Positions 18,414-27,496 of a DNA stretch of 64,000 nucleotides are shown piece by piece. The stretch comes from Pseudomonadota bacterium. GTDB taxonomy: Archaea > Thermoplasmatota > SW-10-69-26 > JACQPN01 > JAJPHT01. The stretch is from positions 1 through 64,000 of the forward strand of contig JAJPHT010000013.1 in the NCBI GenBank assembly GCA_021325135.1, read 5' to 3'. The position numbers were made by a program, and so were the translations under genes. A model generated the notes under the pieces. The model searched no databases. It saw nothing but the letters and a program-made list of their open reading frames with translations, and was not told the origin of the DNA. Each line of letters begins with the position of its first letter. The stretch's first letter is position 1.

Positions 18414-18642
18414 GGCGGCTGTCCCGGTCCTTGCGGAGAAGCTCCACGGCGTCCACGCCGAGCTTGAGGCCGCTGGGCGTGTCGCGCAGGCGCTTCAGGG
18501 TGGCGAGCTTGCGCGCCCGGTTGGCCTCCCGCTCCAGGGCGTCGCGCGCCACGTCCGCGGGGGCGATGCCCGCCTCCTCCAGGGCCGCCAGGACGTCCGA
18601 CCGGACGCGGAACGTCACCGGCCGTGTCTTCGCCTCTGTCAT
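18406..18642 (-). CDS. vapB: Antitoxin (VapB/CcdA-like ribbon-helix-helix)
   Basis: VTFRV ribbon motif; overlaps the vapC start. Confidence 0.75.
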   Translation of the reverse strand: MTEAKTRPVTFRVRSDVLAALEEAGIAPADVARDALEREANRARKLATLKRLRDTPSGLKLGVDAVELLRKDRDSRHG

Positions 18643-18732
18643 CACTCCTGACATTGGCCCTGACGTTATTGAGGATTTCGGAAGGTGGAGCTGCCGCTCA
18701 GGCAAGTGCTCTGCGCGGCGCCTGCGCGGGCC

Positions 18733-19467
18733 TCACGCCTGCTGGCTGGCCTGGAGGTGGCGCTTGACCTCGTCGGGCGTCAGCTGGCGGTAGCCGTCCT
18801 TGACGCTGACGACGCTGATGTCCACGGTGGGCTCGCCGCCGACGACGGGCTGCGAGGCCGAGTCCTGCTGGCGGTAGAGCGCCTTGAGGCCCAGCTTGAT
18901 GGCGTGGTCCTGGTCCATGGGCAGGCGGTACTCGTTCTCCAGGAACTCCAGCGCCGCCGCGCGGCCCACGCCGATGGCGCTGGCCTTGTACTGGACGACC
19001 GCGCCCGAGGGGTCGGTTTCGAAGAGGCGCACCGTGCCGTCGGGGTCGACGCCCGCGATGAGGAAGGCCGCGCCGAAGGGGCGCACGCCGCCGTTCTGGG
19101 TGTACGCCTGCATGATGTCGCTGAGGTCCTTCACGAGGACGTTGACCTCGATGCTCTCCGCGTAGGTCACGCGGTTGTTGGCGGAGACGGCGCGGGCGCG
19201 GGCCACGAGCATGCGGGCGTCGCCCACGAGGCCCGAGGACGCGCAGCCGATGTGGCGGTCGATCTTGAAGATCTTCTCGACGGCGGCCGCCTCGATGAGC
19301 TTGGAGGAGATGCGCTTGTCCACCAGCAGCACGGCGCCGGCGTTGTAGACGATGCCCACGGCGGTCGTGCCGCGCTTCACGGCCTCGCGCGCGTACTCGA
19401 CCTGGTAGATGCGCCCGTCGGGCGAGAACATGGTGGCGGCGGAGTCGTACATCTGCGCTGGCTGCAT
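18733..19467 (-). CDS. psmA: Proteasome subunit alpha
   Basis: YD...MFSPDGRIYQVEYA, GTTAVG, RPFG, ETDPSG. Confidence 0.95.
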   Translation of the reverse strand: MQPAQMYDSAATMFSPDGRIYQVEYAREAVKRGTTAVGIVYNAGAVLLVDKRISSKLIEAAAVEKIFKIDRHIGCASSGLVGDARMLVARARAVSANNRVTYAESIEVNVLVKDLSDIMQAYTQNGGVRPFGAAFLIAGVDPDGTVRLFETDPSGAVVQYKASAIGVGRAAALEFLENEYRLPMDQDHAIKLGLKALYRQQDSASQPVVGGEPTVDISVVSVKDGYRQLTPDEVKRHLQASQQA

Positions 19468-19563
19468 GGAAGAAGGACTCCTACGGGAACGCGGGGCCCA
19501 TCCTGGGCTCGCTACTTGAAGGTTCGGCCCCACCAAGGTGACTCGGCTTCGCCGGGCCCGGTC

Positions 19564-19665
19564 CTACGGGAACTTCGGGTCGTCGTCGGGCGGGGGCGGC
19601 ACGGGGTCCACCGGCGGCGGCGTGAAGGGCGCCGGGTCGGGGGGCCGCAGCACGGGGTGTGACAT
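19564..19665 (-). CDS. Putative 33-aa polyproline micropeptide
   Basis: MSHPVLRPPDPAPFTPPPVDPVPPPPDDDPKFP*; gagaggg RBS-like sequence and gatatg box about 30 nt upstream. Confidence 0.4.
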   Translation of the reverse strand: MSHPVLRPPDPAPFTPPPVDPVPPPPDDDPKFP

Positions 19666-19736
19666 GCCCTCTCAGGGGTCCGCCATGGTGCATATCTCCT
19701 GCGCTGCGGCGGGCAGCCCGTCCCCAGGGAGCCCGC

Positions 19737-21173
19737 TTATGCGACGACCCGGTCGACGACCATCGCGCCGAACAGGAGCGCCAGGTAGACGATCGAGTAG
19801 CCGAACAGCTTGTACGCCGTGCGGTTGTCCTTGGTCACCAGGAGCTTGGCGGCGAGGTAGACAAACCACGCGCCCAGGACGAGGGCGATGGCGCCGTAGG
19901 CGAGGCCGAGTACCTTGAGGGGCACGAAGGCCAGCGTCGCCAGCACGGTGAGCACGGAGTAGACGAGGATCTGGCGGCGCGTGGAGTCCTCGCCGTGGAC
20001 GACGGGGTACGTGGGCACCGCCGCCGTCTCGTAGTCCTTCTTGTAGACGAGGGCGAGGGCCCAGAAGTGGGGCGGCGTCCACGCGAAGATGATGAAGCCC
20101 AGCAGGAGGGCAGGCACGCCGAGGTTGCCCGTGACGGCGGCCCAGCCCACCAGGGCGGGCGCGGCGCCGGCGGCGCCCCCGATGACGATGTTCTGCGCGG
20201 TGGTCGGCTTCAGCCAGATGGTGTACCAGACGTAGAACGCGACGCCCCCGAGGGCCAGCGCGGCGGTGAGGAGGTTGACCTGCCACCAGAGGACGGCGAA
20301 GGAGGCGATCTCCAGCGCGAAGGCGAAGACGAGGGCCCACCACGGCTGGATGCGGCCGCTGGGGACGGAGCGCTTGGCGGTGCGCTTCATCTGCGCGTCG
20401 CGCTCGCGGTCGAAGTAGTTGTTGAACGCCGCCGCGCTGGAGGCCGCCAGCGCGCCGCCCAGGAGCGTGACGGCGACGAGGTGCGCGCTGGGCGTGCCGG
20501 CGAGGAACATCGCCGCGGCGCCGCAGAGGACCAGGAGGAAGAGGATGCCGGGCTTGACGAGCTCGACCCAGGGGCCGAGGCGCTTCTGGAGCTTCGCGGT
20601 CCAGGGGCGGCTGGTCATGTTGCCAGGCTCCTTCCCGGAGGGCTCGGCGGAGGGGTCCTCCGGCGTGAGCCTCACGCGGTGCGGGCTCGCGAAGACGAGG
20701 ACGTTGAACGCGACGACGCACGAGAGGACGAGCATGGCGTTGGCCTGGTGCGCGACGACGGTCAGGGCCGAGTTGCCGCCCAGGACGGTGACGCCGCCCA
20801 GGCCGATCTGCGTCGCGAGGAAGACCAGCGAGAGAACGCCGAAGACGCGCAGCCCCTTCTCCACGGGGCGCTGGCGCCAGGCCATCCACGCGATGCCCGC
20901 GACGAGGAGCGTCACGACGCCCGCGAGGAAGCGGTGGATCCACTCCGAGGCGACCATGGCGGCGGTGTAGCCGTGGAGGTTCGCGTGGGGGTCGAGGAAG
21001 GGGAACCAGTTGCCCACGAGCCCCTTGTCGGCGTCGGAGAAGCAGCCGGGCCACGTGGGGCAGGAGAGGCCCGCGCCGGTCGTGACGACGTAGGCGCCCA
21101 CGACGATGAGCACGAAGGTGCAGACGAGCGTCGCCACCGCCAGGCGCTCGAGGATCGCGCGCGACCGGACCAT
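19737..21173 (-). CDS. ctaB: Heme A synthase (CtaA-type) fused to heme O synthase (protoheme IX farnesyltransferase)
   Basis: GLSCPTWPGC and EWIHR in the N-part; NNYFDRERD, MKRTAKR, WTPPHFWAL in the C-part. Confidence 0.92.
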   Translation of the reverse strand: MVRSRAILERLAVATLVCTFVLIVVGAYVVTTGAGLSCPTWPGCFSDADKGLVGNWFPFLDPHANLHGYTAAMVASEWIHRFLAGVVTLLVAGIAWMAWRQRPVEKGLRVFGVLSLVFLATQIGLGGVTVLGGNSALTVVAHQANAMLVLSCVVAFNVLVFASPHRVRLTPEDPSAEPSGKEPGNMTSRPWTAKLQKRLGPWVELVKPGILFLLVLCGAAAMFLAGTPSAHLVAVTLLGGALAASSAAAFNNYFDRERDAQMKRTAKRSVPSGRIQPWWALVFAFALEIASFAVLWWQVNLLTAALALGGVAFYVWYTIWLKPTTAQNIVIGGAAGAAPALVGWAAVTGNLGVPALLLGFIIFAWTPPHFWALALVYKKDYETAAVPTYPVVHGEDSTRRQILVYSVLTVLATLAFVPLKVLGLAYGAIALVLGAWFVYLAAKLLVTKDNRTAYKLFGYSIVYLALLFGAMVVDRVVA

Positions 21174-21206
21174 GCTCTCTCCGGGCGCCCAGCCCAGGTG
21201 GGCTTG

Positions 21207-22325
21207 TTAAACCTTTGTACCTACCCGCCGCGACGAGGCCGCGAGGACGACCGCCGCCACGAGCGCGCCCGAGAGGAGGAACGTCGCGGCGAGCCCCAGG
21301 GTGAGGCCCCCTGCGTAGAGGAGGCCCACGAGCGCGGCCCCCGCCGCGGAGCCGAGGTATTGCAGCGTGCTCTGGACGCCCTGCGAGAACCCGCGCCGGC
21401 CCTCGGGCGCCAAGCGCGCGGCGAGGCTCGGAAGGAGCGACGTGAGCGAGGAGTGCCCCAGGAAGAACGCGACGCCCGCGAGCACGACCGCGACGGCCCC
21501 CGTGGGCCAGAGCCACAGGAGCGGCGTGGCGCCCAGGAATAGGGCCGCCACGAGACCGACGGGCATCGCCTGGCCGCGGTCCGCGAGGCGCGCGGCGGCG
21601 AACATGCCCAGGCCCGCGGGGAGGAGCATGAGCAGCAGCGCGACCTCGTAGGAGACGCCGGGCGCGGCGGCCGCGAGGAGCGGCTTCGCGAAGAGGAGGA
21701 GGCCCGAGAGGCTGAAGTTCACCGCGAAGGCCGCGACGCCCAGCAGCAGCGCGACGCGCGTCGCGCGGGGATCGCGCAGCGCGGGCCCGGCGGGCTCGTC
21801 CTGCGGCAGGCCGCGCCACGCGAGGAGGGCCAGGAGCGCGTTGGCCACGGAGAGCCCCCAGAGGATGGCCGGGATGCCCACGCCCGCGCGGTCCAGCAGC
21901 GCGCCGCCCACGAGGCCCAGCACGACCGCGCCTCCCGCCGCGGCGCCCAGCGCCGCCATGCGCCGCGTGCGCCGCTCGGGGTCGCCCGTCTCGCCCGCCA
22001 CCGCGAGGGCGACGCCGTTGACCGCGCCCGCCCCCTGCACGAAGCGGCCCGCCGCCAGGAGGAGGGGCGTCGGCGCCAGGGCCGCCAGCGCGCCGCCCAG
22101 CGCGGAGACGAGCAGGCCGCCCACGATCACGCGGCGGCGCCCCACGCGGTCCGAGAGCGCGCCCAGCGGCAGCAGGAAGAGGGCCATGGCGAGGGCGTAG
22201 GCTCCGAAGCCCACGCCGCTGGTCGCGGCGCTGCCTCCCAGGGACTTCCAGTACGCGACGAACCCCACGAGCACGAGGAACGCGCCCAGGACGCGGACGA
22301 ACACGATGGCGGAGAGGGCGCCCAT
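21207..22325 (-). CDS. MFS transporter
   Basis: GALSDRVGRR motif A, GRFVQG, about 12 TM. Confidence 0.88.
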   Translation of the reverse strand: MGALSAIVFVRVLGAFLVLVGFVAYWKSLGGSAATSGVGFGAYALAMALFLLPLGALSDRVGRRRVIVGGLLVSALGGALAALAPTPLLLAAGRFVQGAGAVNGVALAVAGETGDPERRTRRMAALGAAAGGAVVLGLVGGALLDRAGVGIPAILWGLSVANALLALLAWRGLPQDEPAGPALRDPRATRVALLLGVAAFAVNFSLSGLLLFAKPLLAAAAPGVSYEVALLLMLLPAGLGMFAAARLADRGQAMPVGLVAALFLGATPLLWLWPTGAVAVVLAGVAFFLGHSSLTSLLPSLAARLAPEGRRGFSQGVQSTLQYLGSAAGAALVGLLYAGGLTLGLAATFLLSGALVAAVVLAASSRRVGTKV

Positions 22326-22432
22326 CACGGAGCCGGCGCTGCGGGCCACGCGCGGGCGAGGCGCGGAGGCGTGTTGAAGGTTGCGGGCGGCGGCGGACGC
22401 GCGCTCATGCGCCTTCACGGCGACGGCGGGGC

Positions 22433-23044
22433 GTGAGCTGGGACCGAGCGCCCATGGACGCCTTCCTGCGCGCCCTGCCGGACGTCGCCTACGTGGTCGA
22501 GCCGGCGGGCCGCATCCTCGCGGTGAACGAGGGCCCCTGGCGGAGGTTCGGCGAGGTCAACGGCAACGGGCCGTGGACGGATCCGGCCACCGCCACGGGT
22601 CGGAGCGTCTTCGAGGGCATCGCCGACGAGGCGACGAGGGCGTGGTACCGAGCGTTGCACGATCGCCTGGCGACGACGGAGCGCGGCGTCGCCTTCCACT
22701 ACCGCTGCGACGGCCCGGGCGTGGAGCGCGACATGCTCATGACGGTGACGCCGCTGCGGCGGGAGGCCCGCGTGGTGGCGCTCCTCTACCAGTCCATCCT
22801 CCTCGCGGAGCGGCAGCGGCTTCCCGCGAGCTTCCTGCGGCGCTCCGCCGCGCCCCCCGCCGCGGGCGAGCCGCTGGTCGCGGTCTGCTCGTTCTGCAAC
22901 CGCGTGCGCGTCCCGGCGGACGACGAGGACGCGCCCTGGCGCCGCGTGGAGGACTACTACCGCGCCGGAGGGACCGACGACGTGGGCGTCACGCATGGCA
23001 TCTGCGCCGAGTGCCTGGCGCGCGAGCTGCCGCCCCTGGGGTGA
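22433..23044 (+). CDS. PAS-like domain protein with C-terminal CxxC...HGxCxxC Zn module
   Basis: GRILAVN..W..F PAS start; CSFC...W..VE.Y...THGICAEC. Confidence 0.75.
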   Translation: MSWDRAPMDAFLRALPDVAYVVEPAGRILAVNEGPWRRFGEVNGNGPWTDPATATGRSVFEGIADEATRAWYRALHDRLATTERGVAFHYRCDGPGVERDMLMTVTPLRREARVVALLYQSILLAERQRLPASFLRRSAAPPAAGEPLVAVCSFCNRVRVPADDEDAPWRRVEDYYRAGGTDDVGVTHGICAECLARELPPLG

Positions 23045-23048
23045 GCGC

Positions 23049-24185
23049 TCAGGGCATCTTGGCCGCGAACGCCTCCATGCCCGCGCCGCGCTTGACGTTG
23101 GCGCCCTGCTCGGCGAGGACCTTCTCGATGGCGAGGATGCCGCCGGCCAGCTCCTCGAAGGAGACGGTGCCCATGTGGCCCAGGCGGAAAATCTTGCCCT
23201 TCACGTCGTCCTGGCCGCCGGCGATGACCACGTTGTGCTTCTCCTTGAGCGCCTTGCGCATCTTGGAGTCGTCGACGCCCGCGGGGACCTTGACGGCGGT
23301 GACGGTGTCGCTGCGGTAGCCCGGCGGCACGAAGAGCTCCAGCCCCATGGCCTCGAACGCGGCGCGGGTGGCCTCCGCCTGCGCGCGCACCTTGGCGATG
23401 CGGCTCTGGAGGCCCTCCGTCTTGATGATATCAAGCGCCTCGGCCGCGGCGAGGTGGAGCGGGATGGCGGGCGTGAAGGGCGTGTCGTTCTCGGCGGCCT
23501 TCTTCACGTAGCGCAGCAGGTTGAGGTAGTAGCCGTTCTCCTTGTGCATCGCGGCCTGCGCGCGCTCGTTCACGGCCACGAAGACGAGGCCGCTGGGCAT
23601 GCCGAGGCACTTCTGCGAGCCCACGATGGCGACGTCCACGCCCCACCGGTCCACGGGCACGTCCATGCCCCCGACGCTCGTGATGCAGTCCGCGACGACG
23701 AGCGCGCCGTGGTCGTGCGCGATCTTCGCGATCTTCTCCAGCGGGTTCGTGAAGCCGACGCTGCTCTCGTTGTGCGTGAGGAAGACGGCCTTGGGCTTCG
23801 CCGAGGCCACCGCGCGCTCGACCTCCGCGAGGTCCACGGGCTGGCCCCAAGGCGCCTTGATGACCGTCGCGTCGCCGTAGGTGGACGCCAGCGTGCAGAA
23901 GCGGTTGCCGAACTTGCCGTTGTCCAGCGCGACGGCCTTCTCGCCCTTCCTGAGGAGCGAGAGCGCGGCCGCGTCCATGCCCGCGGTGCCCGAGCCCGCG
24001 AGCGTGACGACAGGGGCCTGCGTCTGGAAGACGGCCTGCATGCCCTCCTTGATGCGGCGGTTGACCTCGACGAAGGCCGGGTCGCGGTGCGCGACCGCGG
24101 GCACGCTCATCGCCCGCAGGACTCGGGGGTGCATCTTCACGGGGCCGGCCAGGAGGAAGACGTTGTCCTGCGCGTCGAAGGGCAT
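23049..24185 (-). CDS. Class V PLP aminotransferase (serine-pyruvate/alanine-glyoxylate type)
   Basis: GSGT, HNESS, DCITS, GSQKC PLP lysine, FRLGHMG. Confidence 0.93.
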   Translation of the reverse strand: MPFDAQDNVFLLAGPVKMHPRVLRAMSVPAVAHRDPAFVEVNRRIKEGMQAVFQTQAPVVTLAGSGTAGMDAAALSLLRKGEKAVALDNGKFGNRFCTLASTYGDATVIKAPWGQPVDLAEVERAVASAKPKAVFLTHNESSVGFTNPLEKIAKIAHDHGALVVADCITSVGGMDVPVDRWGVDVAIVGSQKCLGMPSGLVFVAVNERAQAAMHKENGYYLNLLRYVKKAAENDTPFTPAIPLHLAAAEALDIIKTEGLQSRIAKVRAQAEATRAAFEAMGLELFVPPGYRSDTVTAVKVPAGVDDSKMRKALKEKHNVVIAGGQDDVKGKIFRLGHMGTVSFEELAGGILAIEKVLAEQGANVKRGAGMEAFAAKMP

Positions 24186-24343
24186 GCGCGGCCAACCGGA
24201 CGTGGACCCTTTGAGGCTTTTCCCGTCTTCGAGGCGTGTACCAAGGGCCTTTTGATTCGTCCCGGACCCCTCAAGGAACGGACCTGGAACCCGGCCCGCC
24301 GGCTGGACCCCAGGATGGCAACCCCCGCAGGGAGGAAAACCAC

Positions 24344-24697
24344 GTGCTTTCTCTGACCCGCAACTGGATCCTGACCTTCGCCGCCGCCCTCACCGCCGTC
24401 GTCCTGGGAGCCTGTGGCCTCCTGCTGACGACCTTCGACCCCGGCGCCGCGCCCGCGGTCGCAAGCGCGCTCCTGGCGGGCTCCCTCGCCTGCACGGGCG
24501 CCGCGTTCGTCCGGGTCGCGCTGCGCGTCCGCCGCCTGGAGCTGGAGAACGAGGGGCTCATCGAGGAGATCAGCCAGGAGTTCGACCGCGTGCGGGACAA
24601 GCTCGACATCTTCGCCGAGGCGCAGGCCTCCGCGGCGTCGTCCGAGCAAGCGGAGGCCGCCGAGCGTTCGGGGATCCGCCGCGTCATGGTGAAGTAG
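24344..24697 (+). CDS. Two-TM membrane protein with cytoplasmic coiled coil
   Basis: Two hydrophobic helices then LELENEGLIEEISQEF; ggagg RBS. Confidence 0.7.
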   Translation: MLSLTRNWILTFAAALTAVVLGACGLLLTTFDPGAAPAVASALLAGSLACTGAAFVRVALRVRRLELENEGLIEEISQEFDRVRDKLDIFAEAQASAASSEQAEAAERSGIRRVMVK

Positions 24698-24760
24698 CAG
24701 CCGAGCCGCCATGCCTGCTGGAGGCTGCTTTGCCGCTGAGGTTAAGCCACCTCCCGACCG

Positions 24761-27496
24761 GTGACTCTCCGGGACCGCTTGTCGCTGGCCAGCCAGCCGC
24801 CTCCCTCGCGCGGAGCCGGCTCCATCCGGGATCTGCCCGCCTTCCTCGACCACGCGCCCGTCTGCGTCGCCCGCTTCGACCGCGCGCTGCGCCACGTCTA
24901 CGCCAACCGGGCGGCGGCCGCCGCGGCGGGCGCGGGCGTGGACGCGCTCCTGGGGCGCACGCCCCGCGAGGTCGGCTTCCCCGAGCCCGCCTGCTCGCGC
25001 CTGGAGGCCGCGCTGCGGCACGCGCTGGCGACCCACGGCGTCCACGACGTGGAGATCGAGGTCCCCGTCCCCGGCCGCGGGACGCGCCTCTTCAGCGTCC
25101 GCGTCGTGGGCGAGGGGGACTCCGTCGTCGCCCTCAGCCGTGATATCACAGACGAGCGGCAGGTCGCCGAGCGCGAGCGCCGCGCCCGCGTGCTCGACCA
25201 GACCAGCAAGCTCCTGGAGACGGCGCTGGACCCCGAGCGGACGCTCACCGCCATCGCGCGCCTCCTGGTCCCCGAGCTTGGCGACTACTGCGCCGTGGCA
25301 CTCCAGCTCCCCGACGGCCGCCGCGCGCGCTCCACCGAGGTGGCCGTCCTCCCCGAGCACGAGGAGATCCTGCGCCGCCTGGCCGCGATCACGCTGGAGG
25401 GCGACCGCAGCGCGTTCTCCCACCGCGCGATGGACGCGGGCCGCACGCTCGTCGTCGAGGACGTGCAGGAGGAGATCGCCCGCTGGCCTGGCAACCCGCA
25501 GGCGGTTCCGTTCCTGCGCGCGCTGGGCGTGCGCTCGCTCGCCGCCGTGCCCATCCTCGCCCGCGAGCGCGTGCTGGGCTCCATCGTGCTGGGCATGTCC
25601 GTCTCCGGCCGGCGCCACCAGCCGGCGGACGTGGCCATGGTCGAGGAGATCGCGCGCCGCGCGGGCCTCGCGCTGGACTTGGCCCGCATGCACGAGGCGC
25701 GCGCCCAGGAGGAGGCCCGCTTCAAGGCCGTGATGCGCCAGATGCCCGGCGGCGTCGTCATCCGCGGCGCGGACGGCCGGCTCATCCTCGCCAACGACTG
25801 GGCGCGCGAGAGCGGCGCGGTGGAGGCGCTCGACGCGGTCCGGCCCACGTCCCCCATCGCAGAGGACGTCATCGTGCGGCAGCCCGGCGGCGCGGAGGCC
25901 ATCCTGCGCCTGCGCGGCGCGCCCATCCACGACGAGTCGGGCGCGCTCACCGCGCACGCGCTGGTCTTCGAGGACGTCACCGAGCGGCGCCGCGCGACCG
26001 AGGCGATGCGCGAGAGCCGCGAGCGCCTCCGGGCCATCGTGGAGAACGCGCCCGCCCTCGTGCTCGTGAAGGACCGCGAGGGGCGCTACCTCGTCGCCAA
26101 CGCGCCCACCGTCGAGGCCCTGGGGCTGCCGCCCGGCGCCGACGTCGTCGGGCGCTCCGACGCGGAGTTCTTCGACGCCGCCACCGCCGAGCGCCTGCGC
26201 GCCGTCACCGAGGAGGTGATCCTGGGCGGGCGCGCGCAGCAGGGCACGATGACGCTGCCCAGCCCGCGCGGCCCGCGCACGTACCTCGCCTCGCGCTTTC
26301 CCCTCGCGGGCCCCGAGGGCACGACGCACGCCATGGGCGTCGTGGCCGTCGACGTCACGGAGCGCGAGGACCTTCTGCGCATGCTGGAGGCCGAGCGCGC
26401 GCGCCTCCAGGTCATCGTGCGCCAGGTCCCCGTGGGGCTCCTCATCGTGGGCGCCCAGAAGGAGGTGATCCTCGTGAACGACCGCTTCCACGAGATCCTG
26501 GGCGCGCCGCCCGGCGCCATCCGCGCGCTCCAGGACCTCTCGCGCCACCCGCGGCGCAACCCGCGCACGCTGGAGGTGTACCCCACGCCCGCGACCTCGC
26601 CCCTCGTGCGCGCGCTCGCGGGCGAGCACCTGCGCGCCGAGGAGATGGACGTGTGCCGCGAGGACGGTGTGTGGGTGTCCACGAGCGTCAGCGCCTCGCC
26701 CGTGCAGGACCCCTCGGGCGCCGTCATCGCGGCAGTCGTCGTGGTGGAGGACCTCACCGAGCTGAAGCGCGCGCAGCGCGACCTCGACGCCGCGCGCCGC
26801 GAGGTCGCCCACAGCGAGAAGCTCAGCGCGCTGGGCAGCCTCGTCGCGGGCGTCGCGCACGAGGTCCGCACGCCGCTGGCGTACATCACGAACAACCTCT
26901 TCCTCGTGCAGCAGCGCCTCGCCCGCGCGGTCCTTCGGGGCGAGCTGCCCGCCAGCGTGCTCGACGAGGTGAAGCCCTCCGTCGCCGCGGCCGTCGAAGG
27001 CGTCGACCGCATCGGCTACCTGGTGAAGGAGCTGCGCCGCTTCACGCGCCTGGAGGGCGCCTCGCGCTCCATCGTCCCCCTGCGCGAGGCCGTCGCCGAG
27101 GCCGCGGCGCTCTTCCGCTCCACGCACCCGGGCCAGCCCATCGCGCTGCGCCTCGCCGAGGCGGGCGCCGTCGTCGCGGACCGCGCCCAGGTGCAGCAGG
27201 TCGTCCTCAACCTCCTGGAGAACGCCGCCGAGGCCATGGGCCCGCAGGAGGGGCTGGAGCTGGAGACGCTCGCGGGCCCCTCGGGCCCCACGCTGCGCGT
27301 GCGCGACCGCGGCCCGGGCATCCCTGACGACGTGGCCGCGCGCATGTTCGACCCCTTCTTCACGACGAAGGCGGAGGGTACGGGGCTCGGCCTCGCCATC
27401 GTGCGGCGCATCGTGGAGCAGCACGGCGGCTCCATCCGGTGGGAGGGCGCGCCCGGGGGCGGCACCACGTTCGAGGTCACGCTGCCGGCGGCGTGA
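24761..27496 (+). CDS. Cytoplasmic PAS/GAF sensor histidine kinase
   Basis: Several PAS domains, one GAF; H-box AHEVRTPL, N-box NLLENA, DRGPG, FFTTK, GTGLGL. Confidence 0.93.
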   Translation: MTLRDRLSLASQPPPSRGAGSIRDLPAFLDHAPVCVARFDRALRHVYANRAAAAAAGAGVDALLGRTPREVGFPEPACSRLEAALRHALATHGVHDVEIEVPVPGRGTRLFSVRVVGEGDSVVALSRDITDERQVAERERRARVLDQTSKLLETALDPERTLTAIARLLVPELGDYCAVALQLPDGRRARSTEVAVLPEHEEILRRLAAITLEGDRSAFSHRAMDAGRTLVVEDVQEEIARWPGNPQAVPFLRALGVRSLAAVPILARERVLGSIVLGMSVSGRRHQPADVAMVEEIARRAGLALDLARMHEARAQEEARFKAVMRQMPGGVVIRGADGRLILANDWARESGAVEALDAVRPTSPIAEDVIVRQPGGAEAILRLRGAPIHDESGALTAHALVFEDVTERRRATEAMRESRERLRAIVENAPALVLVKDREGRYLVANAPTVEALGLPPGADVVGRSDAEFFDAATAERLRAVTEEVILGGRAQQGTMTLPSPRGPRTYLASRFPLAGPEGTTHAMGVVAVDVTEREDLLRMLEAERARLQVIVRQVPVGLLIVGAQKEVILVNDRFHEILGAPPGAIRALQDLSRHPRRNPRTLEVYPTPATSPLVRALAGEHLRAEEMDVCREDGVWVSTSVSASPVQDPSGAVIAAVVVVEDLTELKRAQRDLDAARREVAHSEKLSALGSLVAGVAHEVRTPLAYITNNLFLVQQRLARAVLRGELPASVLDEVKPSVAAAVEGVDRIGYLVKELRRFTRLEGASRSIVPLREAVAEAAALFRSTHPGQPIALRLAEAGAVVADRAQVQQVVLNLLENAAEAMGPQEGLELETLAGPSGPTLRVRDRGPGIPDDVAARMFDPFFTTKAEGTGLGLAIVRRIVEQHGGSIRWEGAPGGGTTFEVTLPAA

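Noticed and set aside
17982-18654. vapBC as a marker of a mobile element
   Set aside because: No integrase, transposase or compositional shift around it; solitary vapBC loci are common in archaea
19737-21173. CtaA-CtaB fusion as a novelty
   Set aside because: Such fusions are already known in archaea
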